Assembly (NCBI RefSeq): GCF_030144855.1
Contig: NC_082722.1
Location: 38,254,001 to 38,318,000 of the forward strand
DNA length: 64,000 nucleotides
Direction of reading: 5' to 3'
DNA from: Hypanus sabinus
Taxonomy: Eukaryota
The translations under genes were made by a program, and so were the position numbers. Below are positions 36,398-49,171 of this stretch, one piece after another. Positions within the stretch are counted from its first letter, which is position 1. Each line of letters opens with the position of its first letter. The notes under the pieces are model-generated. The model was given only the letters and a program-made list of their open reading frames with translations. It did not search any database and had not been told where the DNA came from.

Positions 36398-37592
36398 GAT
36401 CAATGTGCATGCGTAGACAACAGATCATTATGCATGCATGGACAACAGTCCATGCGTGGTGATAAGGGGAGATATTGCTCTAAAAGAAATAGATCCATGC
36501 ATTACACTACCATTTAACAATATAGCAATTTATGTATTTAAATGAAATACAGAATAAATTAGAACACTGACAATACTTAAAATCTGTATTAGTTCCTAAT
36601 TGTTATCAATGGAGGAATTCGTCTGCCTTGTTTTGATTGTCAGTAAATGAACAAAATCAGTACAGATAATGGACTGCCTCATACAATGCTTTAGATGTTG
36701 CATCCTCCAAATCTTCATTTTCATTGTAACATTCAAGATGATTGTCAATACCTTCATAATTCCCAACTTGTTGAGGTGGTGAAATCGTTTTCACTGATAG
36801 TTTTTGCAACTCCAAGCTGGAATGCTTGAAGCCATGGTGAGCAAAACAGATCTGAATGATCTTACTGCTTCTTTCTCACCAACTGTCAGTGTTAAAGATG
36901 ACTGCTTTTTGAACACAAACACATGCATCGCTCTAAGCCACTATCTAACAGCCACACAAGTGCATGCAACTGACACTAGTTCGAAACTGTTCAGCAATAG
37001 TCTCCTGCCTCAAATAAGTGACATTTTGACCCAAATCAACAAAAGAAATGTCAACTTTTTTGATTTAGTTTTTGTTCTTCAAGTTGTTACAAATAAACAG
37101 ATAAACGGCACCTCGATTAACTGATGGCCCTTTTAACCAGAATCAACTGTATTAGTAAGTTTTACCCTAACTGTTTTACCTTTCAAAGTACTATTTTTGT
37201 GCAACTCCTAATTATTGTTGGAAGAATACCCACTGAAACATTAGAAATGCTAATGTGCATGGACTCTGTATATTATTCTGGACAACCATCAACTAAAAAA
37301 TTACATGCACCGAGTTTAACTTTCAGTAGGACACTTAGCACACTCATCAGAATGGATAAATGATCTCTTTCAAAACAAACTAGATTATGACCAGATTAGA
37401 GTTGGAAAACCTGTGACTAATGACCAGTGACAACAGGGATTCGTGCTGAAACCTTTGCTATTTGTTAATACACTGATGTGAATTTAATAGACATGATTAG
37501 TAAGGTTGCCAATAACACAAAGGTAGATAGTTTTCTGCAAAGTGGATTGCAATCTCCCCTTGCAAAATCGCAGCGATCAGCTGGTAAATTGA

Positions 37593-38011
37593 CAATCATG
37601 AGAAAAGCTGCAGATGCTGGAAATCTAAGGCCACACACACAAAATGGTGGAGGGACTCAGCAGGTCAGGCAGCATCTATAGAAAATAATAAACAGTTGAC
37701 ATTTCAGGTTGAGACCTTTCATCAGGACTGGAAAAGAAGATGAGAAGTCAGAGTAAGAAGGTGGGGGAAGGGAGGAAGAAGTGCAAGTTGGCAGGTGATA
37801 GGTGAAACCGGGAGAGAGCGAGGGGGTAAAATAAAGAGCTGGGAAGTTGATAGGTGAAAGAGACAAATGGCTGTAGGAGGGTGAATCTGGTAGGAGAGGA
37901 TAGAAGACCATGGAAGGAGGAGGAGCACCAGCGGGAGGTGAAGAGGAAATAAGGAAATAAGATGAGAGAGAAACAGGAATGGGGGAATGGTGAAGGGGAG
38001 GCAATTTTAAA
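37593..38011 (-). mobile_element. Penelope-like pseudo-LTR insertion
   Basis: Same architecture as the 57857-58762 arms (pyrimidine-rich tract, ribozyme motif, ...TTTCCAGCATCTGCAG tail). Flanked by an imperfect 14-bp duplication AG(C/T)TGGTAAATT(G/A)A (37579-37592 / 38012-38025). Confidence 0.8.
37693..37730 (-). ncRNA. Minimal hammerhead ribozyme motif (PLE-type)
   Basis: Minus strand CAGTC CTGATGA A AGGT-CTCA-ACCT GAAA TG TC^AACTG: core boxes, 4-bp stem II, stem I CAGT/ACTG. Confidence 0.7.
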
Positions 38012-39759
38012 AGTTGGTAAATTAAGCAGTGAAATGGTAGAGGAAATTTAATCCTGAAAATTATGTTGTATTAAATATTTGGGGGATTAATAAACCTAAA
38101 ATATACAGAAAGATTTTTAGAACTGAGGAACAGAGGAATGTTGGTCTACAAGGATCTCTGAAGACAACAGTATAGGGTAGGCAAATAAGGTAGTTAATAA
38201 AGCATGTGAAACGTTTACTTTTATTTACCATGTCATGCAATATAAGAGCAGGAGAGCAGGGAGGTTGTAGTACAAGGAGAGTGGTATGTAGATCTGGCCA
38301 CTACATTGTAGGAAGGATGTGCTTGTTCAGGAGAAGGCGTTGAGGAGACTCATCATGGCTGTAGGAGGGTGAATCTGGAAGGAGAGGATAGGAGACCATG
38401 GAAGAAAGAGGAGGAGGAGGATCGCCAATGAGAGGTGATGTGCAGGTAAGGACGTAAGGAGTGAGAGGTTTCAGTAATAAGGAAAAGGCTGGGCAGGCTG
38501 GAGGAATTCAGGAGATCTGTCACGGAAAAGGAATCGTTGATATTTTAGATCAAAACCCTGCATCAGGCCTTCAGCAGATTGTTTGTTACCCCAGATTCCA
38601 GCATCTGCAGCCTCTTGTGTCTGGAAAGGCTAGGTTTGACTTCCTTGAAGCTTGTCCTGACTGAGCTATACAAGGATGAAGATCATAGACAAGGTAGATA
38701 GTGACAAACATTTCAGCAGAGGTGTCCGTAACCAGATTTGAGGTAAGGAGTAGGAAATTTAGGGGGGATTTGAAGAAGTAATTCTTCACGCAGAGTGTAG
38801 TGGAAAACTGCAATATTGCCAGAGAGAATTGTGATGGCAGATACTCTCACAACAATTAAGAATATTTAGATGATCCCTTAAAACACCATGACATAGAAGA
38901 ATTCGGGCTGAGTTCTATGTAATAGGATATATAAATTGGTACCCGATGGCTAGCTTGGGCATTGTGGGCTGAAGGGACTGGGTGTATGCTGTATAACTCT
39001 GGCAAAATATGTGGCACTTCCTTGCTTAACAAGCCATGACAAAAGCCTTGCATTTTTATCAAAAAATAAATTTGAATTTTCAAATAGATTTTGCAAATTT
39101 TCTTCACCTTTGCAGTTGCCTTTTGGTGAGCTCTTCCTTTGAACTGGCTTTTTAAAAAAAACTCTGTATGTTTAATTTCTGATTTACAGCAAAATGTGAA
39201 CTGCAGAGACAGACAATATTGACTTTCTTTAACACATGTAATCCTTTACTTCATTCCAGTCACTACCACTGTATAATCAATCACACCATCAAATGCTTGG
39301 GAACACATTCCGCTACAGAGACTGCAGTCTAGATATTAAATTCTTACATTAACGACTTCTCTTTTATTCTCACAATAACATTTTTCTTTTCTGTTGAAAT
39401 GACACTCAGTGCACAAAACATAATTTTCTTTAATTACTCTAAATATTTTAGATGAATTGGCTGCAATTAGTTTATGCTTTATAATCCATCAATTGAAATC
39501 TCTTTAAAAAAGAAAATGTATTTTTCTTCTTAAATTTCTTTGTGTTGAACTAAATAAGGATATAATGTTATACAAATATGAATTGTAATATATAAAATGA
39601 TCATATTTAGTATTAACTGCAAATTAATATAGATTAGAAATTAAAATTAATATCTTGAATCAATATACAGTACTGGTAGAATACATATAATTTTTAAATA
39701 AGGAGTATCCAAGGAGTACTTCTTCACTAAAGAAAAAAGATCAGTTGGCTTTGCTATTA

Positions 39760-40535
39760 CGGTGAGTTCTGGTTAATTGCGACACATCAAGACCAGTACA
39801 TTTTAGCCCAATTAGCTCAGGCTTCATGGAATTAATCAAAAATGTATAAAAAAGCCAAATTAAAATTTAACTGTGTAACAATTTATGTATCTAAATGAAA
39901 AACAAAACCATTAGAATTCTAACATCACCTCTACAGTACTATAAAACTGTGTATTATTTCCTAATAGTTTTCGATGGCGGAATTCATCTGCCAAGTTCTT
40001 TTGATTGTAAATGAACAAAATCAGCACAGACACCTAGTGCAGATAACAGACTGCCTTGTTACAATGCTTCAGACAATTGCATCCTCTAAATCTTCACTTC
40101 CATTGTAACATTCAAGGTGATTATCGATACTTCATAATTCCTAACTTGTTAAGGTTATGAAATTGTTTCAGTTTCACTCCTGACCGTTTCTGACATCACC
40201 AAGCCTGAATGCTTGAATTTGCAGTGAGCAAAACAGTTCCAATTTCTCACCAACTATCAGTGACAAAATCACTGCTTTTTGAACACAAACACAAACAATT
40301 AACACTGATCACTTTATAAACATGGTGTAGTATCTAACGACCACACAAGCACACGTGACGATGCTAGTTAAAAATTGTTTAGCAACAGTTTCCTGCCCCA
40401 ATTAAGTGGCATATTGTCCCAAATAAACAAAAGAAATGCTGACTATTTTTTCAACTTAGTTTTTGCTCTTTGTGTTGTCCTAAATAAACGGCTACCTCAA
40501 TTCACCAACAGCCCCTTTAACTGGAATTATATGTG
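39760..40535. mobile_element. Tigger/pogo-like non-autonomous transposon, uninterrupted second copy
   Basis: TA|CGGTGAGTTCTGGTTAATTG ... CCCCTTTAACTGGAATT..TG|TA; colinear with 32167-32289 plus 36507-37149. Confidence 0.8.
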
Positions 40536-40562
40536 TACTGCTCTGTAAGGTTTCACTGCTAA

Positions 40563-41093
40563 TGTAATGGCTTCTCTGTAGCAGCAATGATTGGGTTATG
40601 ACTAGAGATAATGGGGCCTTTGGAATGTATGTTAGCCAGTGAGAGGCACTTTGTTCTTTCTTGTGGGTCTGGGAGCAGGGACTTCGTGTCTTTTGTCGGC
40701 AAGAGATGAAGAGAGAAGACATGAGTGGAGAGAGTTGGTAGACTGCCGGACAGAGTGGACTAGGAGCGAGGGTCCGTAGGTTGGCGATGCTCGGAGGAGG
40801 TTGATGGGAAACAACCAGATGAAACTGTGAGCTCTTATGTGCACCTTAGACCGTTTCATTAAAATGGGCCCTTTTTCTTTTTATTTTCTTTACTAACCCT
40901 ATAGTCAGATTAAGATTTATAAAGTTCAATCGTTTAATTGCATATGGTGTACTATCTGATATTTTGCAGTTCAGATTTGTAACCGGGCAACACATCACAC
41001 AGCCTTCACACAAACGAGATTTCTTAGAGTTTGGCTGGGCCAGAGGCTGTCTTACCCGAGACAAACGGATATTGGCTGAACCTCAGAGCAACA
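40563..41093 (+). mobile_element. Probable solo LTR
   Basis: TGTAATGG...GCAACA termini; block TGTGCACCTTAGACCGTTTCATT...TTTACTAACCC is shared with 53456-53809 and weakly with the 7727/10319 LTRs. No clean TSD. Confidence 0.6.
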
Positions 41094-42130
41094 ATTGTAT
41101 TTGCAATTCCCTTATCATTTATTTCTGAATGGATATGTTGCTTTTCCTCAGATAACAGATACCAACGTAAATATTGAGGACTGGCGATGGCAAAATTTCC
41201 AGTGTTTTCCTGGACCACAAAACTGGGGCATATTAGACATATCATGGAGTTCAGCTACGGTGCAGGAATTTGAACTAGTTGCCTACAATTTTCTCTCAAA
41301 ATCCACAACCACAAAGGCATAAAGATGGATGGGAACAGCTTGAACAGATTTAGTTAAAGAACTTGTTAATTTAAAAGTACATATGGGTTATTAGTTGATT
41401 CTTTATTTAGAAAATTATTTATTTAGAAACCTGATTTAAATGTCATTTTCTTTCTCAGAACCGGAAAGGGCATTCAAACTGAACTGTTAAGCTTTGTCTT
41501 TCCATATGCGTTGCTGACTGGCTAGTGTTTCTAGTACTCTCCTTGAAAGCAGTGCTTCATTCCCTATACCTGGAAGTCTAGATCCATGAGCAGCAGGAAG
41601 GCAAGACTTAACAGGGCAGGTGTTCCTTGTCTTGTATTTGTAATTGGAAGGGACTTGGTAAGCAATGGTAGAAATGAAAGAGTGGATAAGAACTTCTCTT
41701 AAGTAATGATCCCTGAGAATCTGAAAATGGAGAGGAGGCAGAAAGTGGTAAAATTACTCTTCTTGAGACTCAGATGTTTTCAAAAAGATTAGCTTTAGAG
41801 CCATTCTCCTACTATTCTAATTCACTGCTATCACAAATCTTTAGATGGGGCCCCTCTAGATCAGATGTCTAAAGACAACAGTTTCCCACTCAGCATCCTA
41901 TACAAAGCTATAGAGTGTTGACAAGTGTTCATTTGGTTTGGATTTTCTGGAAAGGTGTCTTCTGAAACTGATTTTGATACTATTGCGTTTTTTCAGTATA
42001 GTATATCCAGGTTTCCTAGCATCGACTTTGCATACACCTGGAGTATTGTAACAAGGATCTGAAGGTTTCTAATTGATTTGTGGTACTTCAGACAGTGGCT
42101 TGCTTGCTGTGTCGGTGAGCACCAGGACGC

Positions 42131-44742
42131 CACAGGAGCATAATTAGGCCTTTCAGCCCATTGGATCTGCTCTGCCATTTGAGAAGGGTGAATTTATTTT
42201 CCCTCTCAACCCCATTCTCCTGTCTTCTCCCCATAACTTTTGATGCCTTAACTATTTAAGTACCCATCAACCTTTCCTTTAAATATACTTAATGACTTGG
42301 CCTGCACAGCCATCTATGGCAATGAATCCCATAGATTCAGCATCCTCTGGCTAAATAAATATCTCTCAACTCTATTCTAAATGGACATTCCTCTGTTCTG
42401 AAGTTGTGCCCTCAGGTCCTGGACTCTCTCACCATTGGAAACATCTTCTCCAACTCCATTCTTTCAATATTCAATAGTTTTCAATAAAAACCCATCTCAT
42501 TCTTCTAAACTCCAGTGAGTACAGGTGCAGAACCATCAAATGCTCCTCATATGTTAACCCTTTCATTCCCAGAATCATTCTCATGACCTTCCTGTGGACC
42601 ATCTCCGATGCTAGCACATTTTTTCTTGGATAAGGGGTCAAAAATTGATCAGTGGAGTCTGATCAATCCCTTATAAAGCCTTAGCATCACATCCTTGCTC
42701 TTATATACTAATCTTCCTGAAATGAATGCTAACATTTCATTTCCCTTCCTTACCACCTTCCTTTGTCATTCCTTCTGCAGACCCTCTGCTTCCTTAACAT
42801 TACCTGCCCATCCATCTATCTTTGTATTGTCCGCAAACTTGGTCACAAAGCCATCACAGTGTCTATTCAACAGCTTCCAAATTGTCCCGAGAAACTCCAG
42901 CCACTGCTATTCTGCTGTCATTCCTGCTAGTCCCCCCTTCCACTCAACTGTGGCCAACTCCTATCTCATGTGTCTGTAATTCCCCTTACTCCAATGTAAT
43001 ACTGATACATCTGACTTTATCTCCACCCTCTCAAACTGCATGGTAAATTTTATCATATTATGATCACTGCCTCCCATGGGTTCCTTTACCTTCAGCTCGC
43101 TAATCAAATCTGGTTCATCACACAACACTCTAGAATCTAAAAATCTAGAATTACCCGTCCTCTAGTGGGCTCAAACACAGGCTGATCTAAAAGGCCAATT
43201 TGTAGGCATTCTACAAACTTCCTCTACTGGGATTGAACATATACCTGCATATTGAAATCTCCCTTGGCTATCCTAACATTACCCTTATTACATGCCTTTT
43301 GCATTTCCCATTGAAATTTATATCCCACATCCTGGTTGCTGTTTGGGGTGGAGGAGATTGTTCTGTATATAACCCTCTTCGGGGCCTTTTTCACCTTGCC
43401 AGTTTCTTAATGCTACAAGAATTCTATACTTTCCATTCCTATTTTACATCTTTGATTGCATTTTTTATCAACAGAGCCCCACCTCCCCATCTCCCAACCT
43501 GCCTGTCCTTTTGACACAAGGTATATTCTTGGATGTTAAGCTCTTCTTTCAGCTGCATCTCAGTGATGCCCAGATTGTCTTACTTGCCAATCTTTAACAG
43601 CACTAAGATCATCTACCTTATTCTGTATACTGTGTGCATTCAAATATATCATTTTCAGTCGTGTATTCATCACCCAATGACTTTGCCCCTATGTTACACT
43701 TCGCCTCATCCTACTGACTGCAGTTTTGCCCTACCACCTGCCTCTGCTCCTCCGGTCTCTCAATCTGCATCGACTAGTATACCAACAGCCCATCCTGAGC
43801 CCAATCAGTCCGATTCCCCTACTCTTGCCAACTTAGTTTAAACACTCAACAGCTCTAGCAAACCTGCCCACAAGGATATTGGTCCCCCTTGGGTTCAGGG
43901 GTTACCTGTCCTTTTTTTTTTACGGGACATACCTTCCCCAGAAGACATCCCAATGATCCAGAAATCTGAAACTTTTCCTCCTGCACCGCTTCCTCAGCCA
44001 TTCATTCATCTGTATTATCATCCTATTCCTGCCCTGACTAGCATGGAGTACTGGGGAAAATCTTGGCGGTCCTATTCTTCAGGCTTTTCCCTGACTCCCT
44101 ATACTCACTGTGCTGGACCTCTCCCCCCTTTCTACCTATGTCATTGGCGCCAATATGCACCACGACCTCTGGCTGCTAACCCTCTCTCTTGAGAATCTTC
44201 TGTCAGCCGTTCTGAGACACCCTGTATAATGGCATCCGGGAAGCAACACACCATCTTGGCTTCTCTGTGGCAGCCACAGAATCTCCTGTCTGTCCCCATA
44301 AGTATTGAGTCTCCTAACAGTATTGCTTTGCCTGGCTTTAGCCTCCTGAGCCACAGAGCCACAGGACGGGCTGATGTGGCTGTGCCCTGTGGGGGGGGGG
44401 GGGCACTGTTGGAATAACCTAAGGAGTATACCTGTTGCTGAGGGGAATGGCCACAGAGGTGCCCTGCCCTGACTACTTACTCCCCTTACTTCTCCTGGTG
44501 GTCACCCATCTACCATCTGAAACCTGCGCTCTGTGTGTGACCACCAAAAGGCTCATCTATGAAGTTTTCAGCCCCCTGGATTGTCCAGAGTGCATCTGGT
44601 TCCAGCTCCGGTTCCTCCATCTTGTCAGTCAGGAGCAGAAGTTGGGTGTACTCCCTGCACTTCATGCATATGTGCCTGGGCATTCTCCATGTCAAACCTT
44701 CTGTTATAGAGAAGCTGAGCTGTAACCGGAGACTCACTGACT
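42131..44742 (-). mobile_element. CR1 LINE with ORF1 remnant (zinc finger/coiled coil plus SGNH esterase) and heavily deleted ORF2
   Basis: HICMKC..YTQLLLL...EL; AILLGDSILMGTDRRFCG...MVCCFPDA.I..VSERL; VVVHIGANDIG; then ORF2 pieces and CR1 3' UTR toward 42131. Confidence 0.85.
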
Positions 44743-47700
44743 GAAAGATGCTGTAAAGTGATGTGGCTGTTACTCGTCGCCAGCAAACAGGACGGTCTTT
44801 TGCGACGATTCAAAAAATGATGGGAAATATGCAGTAACGTTTGTGTTCAATTCCGCATTGTAAACAGTGTGCCTGAGCTTGTATCACATGTTGCTGTGGC
44901 AATTGTGAGGCTGGGACAGAAGAGCAAGATGGGGGCACATATGATACCTTTCCATTTTATTCCAGTGTTCCTCCAAAATACATTTTCTGCAATACCGTCA
45001 TTATTCCTTTTACGAACTGACATTGACGTGGAAAGGCTTCTTTTGCCCCTCTCAGTAATTTTACTGGTCAATAAAAGTACTAAAAATTGTCTTCTCCGCA
45101 GTTCAATTCATCATTGCACTATTCCTAATGTAACAGAGTTAAACAGCCTCAAAGGATTCTTGGTCAAGGCTTTAACCCTTGGTTAATTATCTGGGCAGCA
45201 GAATGAATACTCTTTCCCCCGAGACGGTTTGAAATGTTGATTGAGCTCCATGGGTAAGAAATTCCCTGTGGATGGGGGATAAGGAGATCCTTGGGCTTGG
45301 CTGCGATTGCCTCAGTTCACCTTAAAGGACGGCTATTTACATTGGATACAAGAGAGCAATCAACCCCACGATTCCATTTGCATCAATTCTGAATGACATT
45401 GTTCAATAATATTTCAGGAGAATATTTTTGTCTTTTGCCTTCTCCTTTTGAGGGAGTCTAAAATCATGAAATACAATTTAAAATATTGCACATCAAATGA
45501 TTAAGATGTAGACTTAATAGAATTTCTTGGCATACCTAAAATTAATTTATGTGGGTCAAATAATGGACCCTGAAGTGTGAAAATGAAAGAATATCATTGA
45601 AAACATATAAAAGCAAGTAATTTCTTTATTTGTGAGAGTGTCAGTACAATGCAGAGATTGACTATAGTTTGTTGCAAATAACAAAAAACATAATTATATC
45701 TGGGACATGGTCAGCAATCAATAGACTTAAATATCTGCTCTGTATTGTCACTCACCTGCTATGGAGTTCATATGATGAAATTGCATCATTGTATTCAGCA
45801 GTGTCAAGTAACAGATAGCCAAAGAAACCAGTGAAGCATGGCATTGTACAGGTGTTCGCAGATCACCTTAATTCAGCTATTTTCATTGTATGTCTGATTT
45901 CATCAACACTTGGGTCTCAAGGGAATCATGTCAGGGGAAAAAATTACTTTTATTGTAATCTAATGATTAGTGCTTACATTTCCCCCTTTATGATATGGTG
46001 TCAGATGTCAGTTCATCTTCGAGTCTGCCAGCTACTTGCAGCAGATGGTGTCTTCATGCTGCAGAAGAAAAGATAATTCAGAGTATGCTGCAATGGATAG
46101 CTGGTAATTTTTTTTGTCCATGTAAGCAATGTGACGGCATTCTGTTAATCTCACCACTAGTCATTTCATTTATAGCGAACATAAACAAGATTATTCAAAA
46201 CTGAGTTAGAGCATTTACAGCTTCCTTTTTCCTTTTTGGAATATACCTATTTAATTTGTTCTTTTAAAATATGTAAAGATAAAGGGAAAACAAATTAAAG
46301 ATACACGTATGTAGATTAGGTTTTATTTAGAATATAATGCACATTTTAATTGTGGATTTCTGTAGATAACAACTATCATGATAAATCATGGGATGAACAT
46401 CAAAAAATGCAGTCGACTTGCAGATAAGACTGTGAGAAAGTAACGCTGACAATATTTATAATACCTATTTGCAATAGTTGCTTCTGGGAGAAATATAAAC
46501 TGCTTAAAAATTTTACGCATTTTATACCCACTAATCAATGGTGTTGTCTTGTCCTGTTTCATCTGTTGTCCTTCCATCTGCCATCATTCTTTGGTAGATA
46601 CAAACGCTTCGCTCAATCCTACATCAGAGATTGATCCCACCAACTCACTGCTTTCATATGAATAAGTTTGGAACTCAATGAAATTGATGCAGCATTTCAA
46701 AATTAAAATAATATCATGCCTAGAAATGTAATTATGTAACCTTAATTCTTTAAATCTTATAGCAACAAATGCTATTTGTTCTCCCGCAAAATGTCATCAG
46801 AACCATCTTCGAATGGATATACATCAATCCAGAAATTTGACTGGGTAAATCACAGCATGGGTCATCCTTTTGCAACTAATATGACTTCCTGGCCTCATAC
46901 CTTGAATGAGGTCACTCCCCATACAGTGTTCCTTCCGAACCATTTCAGAAGAACTTACTAGGTTGCCACCCATCATTATAAGTATTCTTTAACCATTTAT
47001 TCCATTCCCAACTACCCTCAAATGCTGAGGACCCGACCTTTATCCCCTAAACATCTGCTTTCCCACCAACATTCTTGATTCACTGGCTCTCTGGTCCCCA
47101 AGATTCCATGATCCTCTTGTACTGCCAATGGTCAATGGACAATGCCTCTTTTGCTCTGTTACCTCAATGTCTAGGTCCTGACCCAGTGACCACCAAGGCC
47201 CTCCAATTGCAGTCCAGAACTTCACCCCTAATTTTCCCAGCCACTTACTCGATCCTTGGTACACAATCATATTCATCATTGAAGATCCCACCAACTTCCA
47301 ACCAAATTCCTCAACCAACTTCTTGGTAAATTCCACTCATCTTCATCCTTCATCAGTGATCTAACTACCATCCTCTACCCAGTAATTGCCCAGACCCTGT
47401 TGTGGAAAGTGCACAATGAACTTTCTGTTACTGGTGATGCTAAACTTTTCAGCAAGAGGTCCGTGGCTGAATCAATTGTGGAACTTTGTTACTACTCGTC
47501 CATTTGGGTACACTAGAATTTCTAGGTCTGTCTAAAAACTCACTTTGCTTTTATCAGTTCTTCTGGGCAAGCTCACATGCTGAAATTTAAAGTCTTTGTT
47601 CATTCATTGATAACATTTTTAAAGCATTTTATATACAGCAAGAATGATAGCATCTTGTATGTAATGTAATCTCATGCCCAAAAAAAGTGCAAACTTCCTG

Positions 47701-48695
47701 CATACAATATGTACAATGAATTAAAACATTGGTAGTAAAGTAAATAATTAACCCATTTTTGCGAAGCTATCTAGTATTTACCTTTCTGCTTTAGTAAATG
47801 CACTTTGTTACAGACCCTGTTGTAATATATCCATTCTATTGATGTTAGCCAACTATCTTAATGATAATTAAAAATTGATAAGTAATTTTCTTATTAACCA
47901 ACCATTTGTCTTACCAAACTCAAAGGGTCATCAGATCAAAGGTGAAGGAGGATGGATAAAACATTCAGTATAGACTTGAAAGGCTCAAATATTTGGTTAG
48001 GGATGGAGTGGTACTGAACAATGATGTATGAAAGTAAATAAAACATTAATTAATAATATACTACACTATGAAGGATAACTTTACACTCGACTATTTCAAA
48101 CATATTCCCTTCATGCTGAAAGAGACCTCTCCATCTCAGTACATCCAAAGTTCAACATTTTTTAATCCATTTAGCAAATTACAGTAATCGGTCATATCAC
48201 TGTTGGCTTAGAATGCTGAATTTATGTTAAAAGTGGTGTCCCATTCACTATGTAACAGCAGATAATTTGAGATATTCAGCTGAAGGGACATCAATATGAA
48301 AGGGTAACTGATCTCTCTTCGCTGATGGTGCCTGATCTGCTGGATATCTCCAGCAGTTTCTTTTTTTACTTATTAACAAACCTACAAGTGCTGGAGGTCA
48401 AGAAATGAATTTTAAGGATTAGTTGGAGGGAATTCTCTGTTTTATTGTATTCGGTTTTAAAAGGACACTTCAGAGCTATCAAATGCTAGAGAAAACAGTT
48501 AACCCATGATAAAGTAAATTGGCAGAGTGACAAGCGGGAGGCAAATTCAGATTAGTCAAAGATGCCTTCAGGACTGATCCAAGATAGAATTTTGTTTTAG
48601 GTAGAGTGTTCAAAGAGGAAAAACACAGAATTAAGAGATAACTAGATGGTGCAATGAGGAGATTGTTTTAGACAGGTGAACTGCAATAGATCAGC

Positions 48696-48822
48696 TGCAG
48701 GATCTCGGCCTGAAATGTTAACTGTACTCTTTTCTACAGATACTGCCTGGTCTTGCTGAGCTCCTCCAGCATTTTGTGTGTGTTGTTTGGATTTCCAGCA
48801 TCTGCAGTTTTTCTCTTGGTTG
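48696..48822 (+). mobile_element. PLE pseudo-LTR 3' fragment truncated inside the ribozyme
   Basis: TGCAGGATCTCGGCCTGAAATGTTAACTG...GCTGAGCTCCTCCAGCATTTTGTGTG...ATTTCCAGCATCTGCAG. Confidence 0.75.
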
Positions 48823-49171
48823 GGATTGGATTACTACAAATAGGTCAGAAGTCCTTCTCCACTTCTCATCTTGTCACTTTATTTAATATAATGAAATTTT
48901 AGCTTCTTGCAAGATACTTGTAAGAGGTAAAACTTACCAATGGTGGTATCCAGAATGTCTCCACAGATGCATGAAATAGGAATTAGACTTTAAAAAATTT
49001 TCGTCTAGGAACCTAATCCCTGTTGTAAGAATTCACTTGACAAATTAGTCTCTAACATGGAAAATAAGCATTAAAAAAACTGTAAGACTGTTTTAATCAA
49101 AGAAGAATAAGAATGCTCACCTCTGTTGAACTGTCCTCAAGATCAGTCGAGCCCTCTGTACAATCTGACTA

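Larger units (their letters stand above)
32290..36506 (-). mobile_element. Decayed Ty3/Gypsy LTR retrotransposon (gag, protease, RT, RNase H; integrase deleted)
   Basis: LTRs 32290-32475 and 35247-36506 (the latter split by Rex); PBS-like TGGCAATGG next to 35246; PPT-like tract 32476-32490; gag start MAMALVGEVDKFD (~35055); zinc knuckles CYHCGK..C and CSKCHRQGHLEGMC; protease MELGTGSALSII; RT YIDD; RNase H TDHQSL...RLQRWALFL. Confidence 0.9.
32167..37149. mobile_element. Tigger/pogo-like non-autonomous transposon (arms 32167-32289 and 36507-37149) split by a Gypsy insertion
   Basis: TA|CAGCAGATTCCAGTTAATTGGG ... CCCTTTTAACCAGAATCAACTG|TA. The joined arms align with the uninterrupted copy at 39760-40535. 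Confidence 0.85.
37410..39000 (+). mobile_element. Old CR1 LINE RT/3' region hosting PLE insertions
   Basis: QG.VL.PLLF, ISKVANNTK (FADDTK), later TTCTTCACGCAGAGTGTAG (FFTQ.V), and a CR1-type 3' end at ~38970-39000. Confidence 0.65.

Noticed and set aside
46780-47460. C-rich tract that may be an ancient L2 LINE
   Set aside because: Only an NYHP-like motif is visible; too degraded to support a call.
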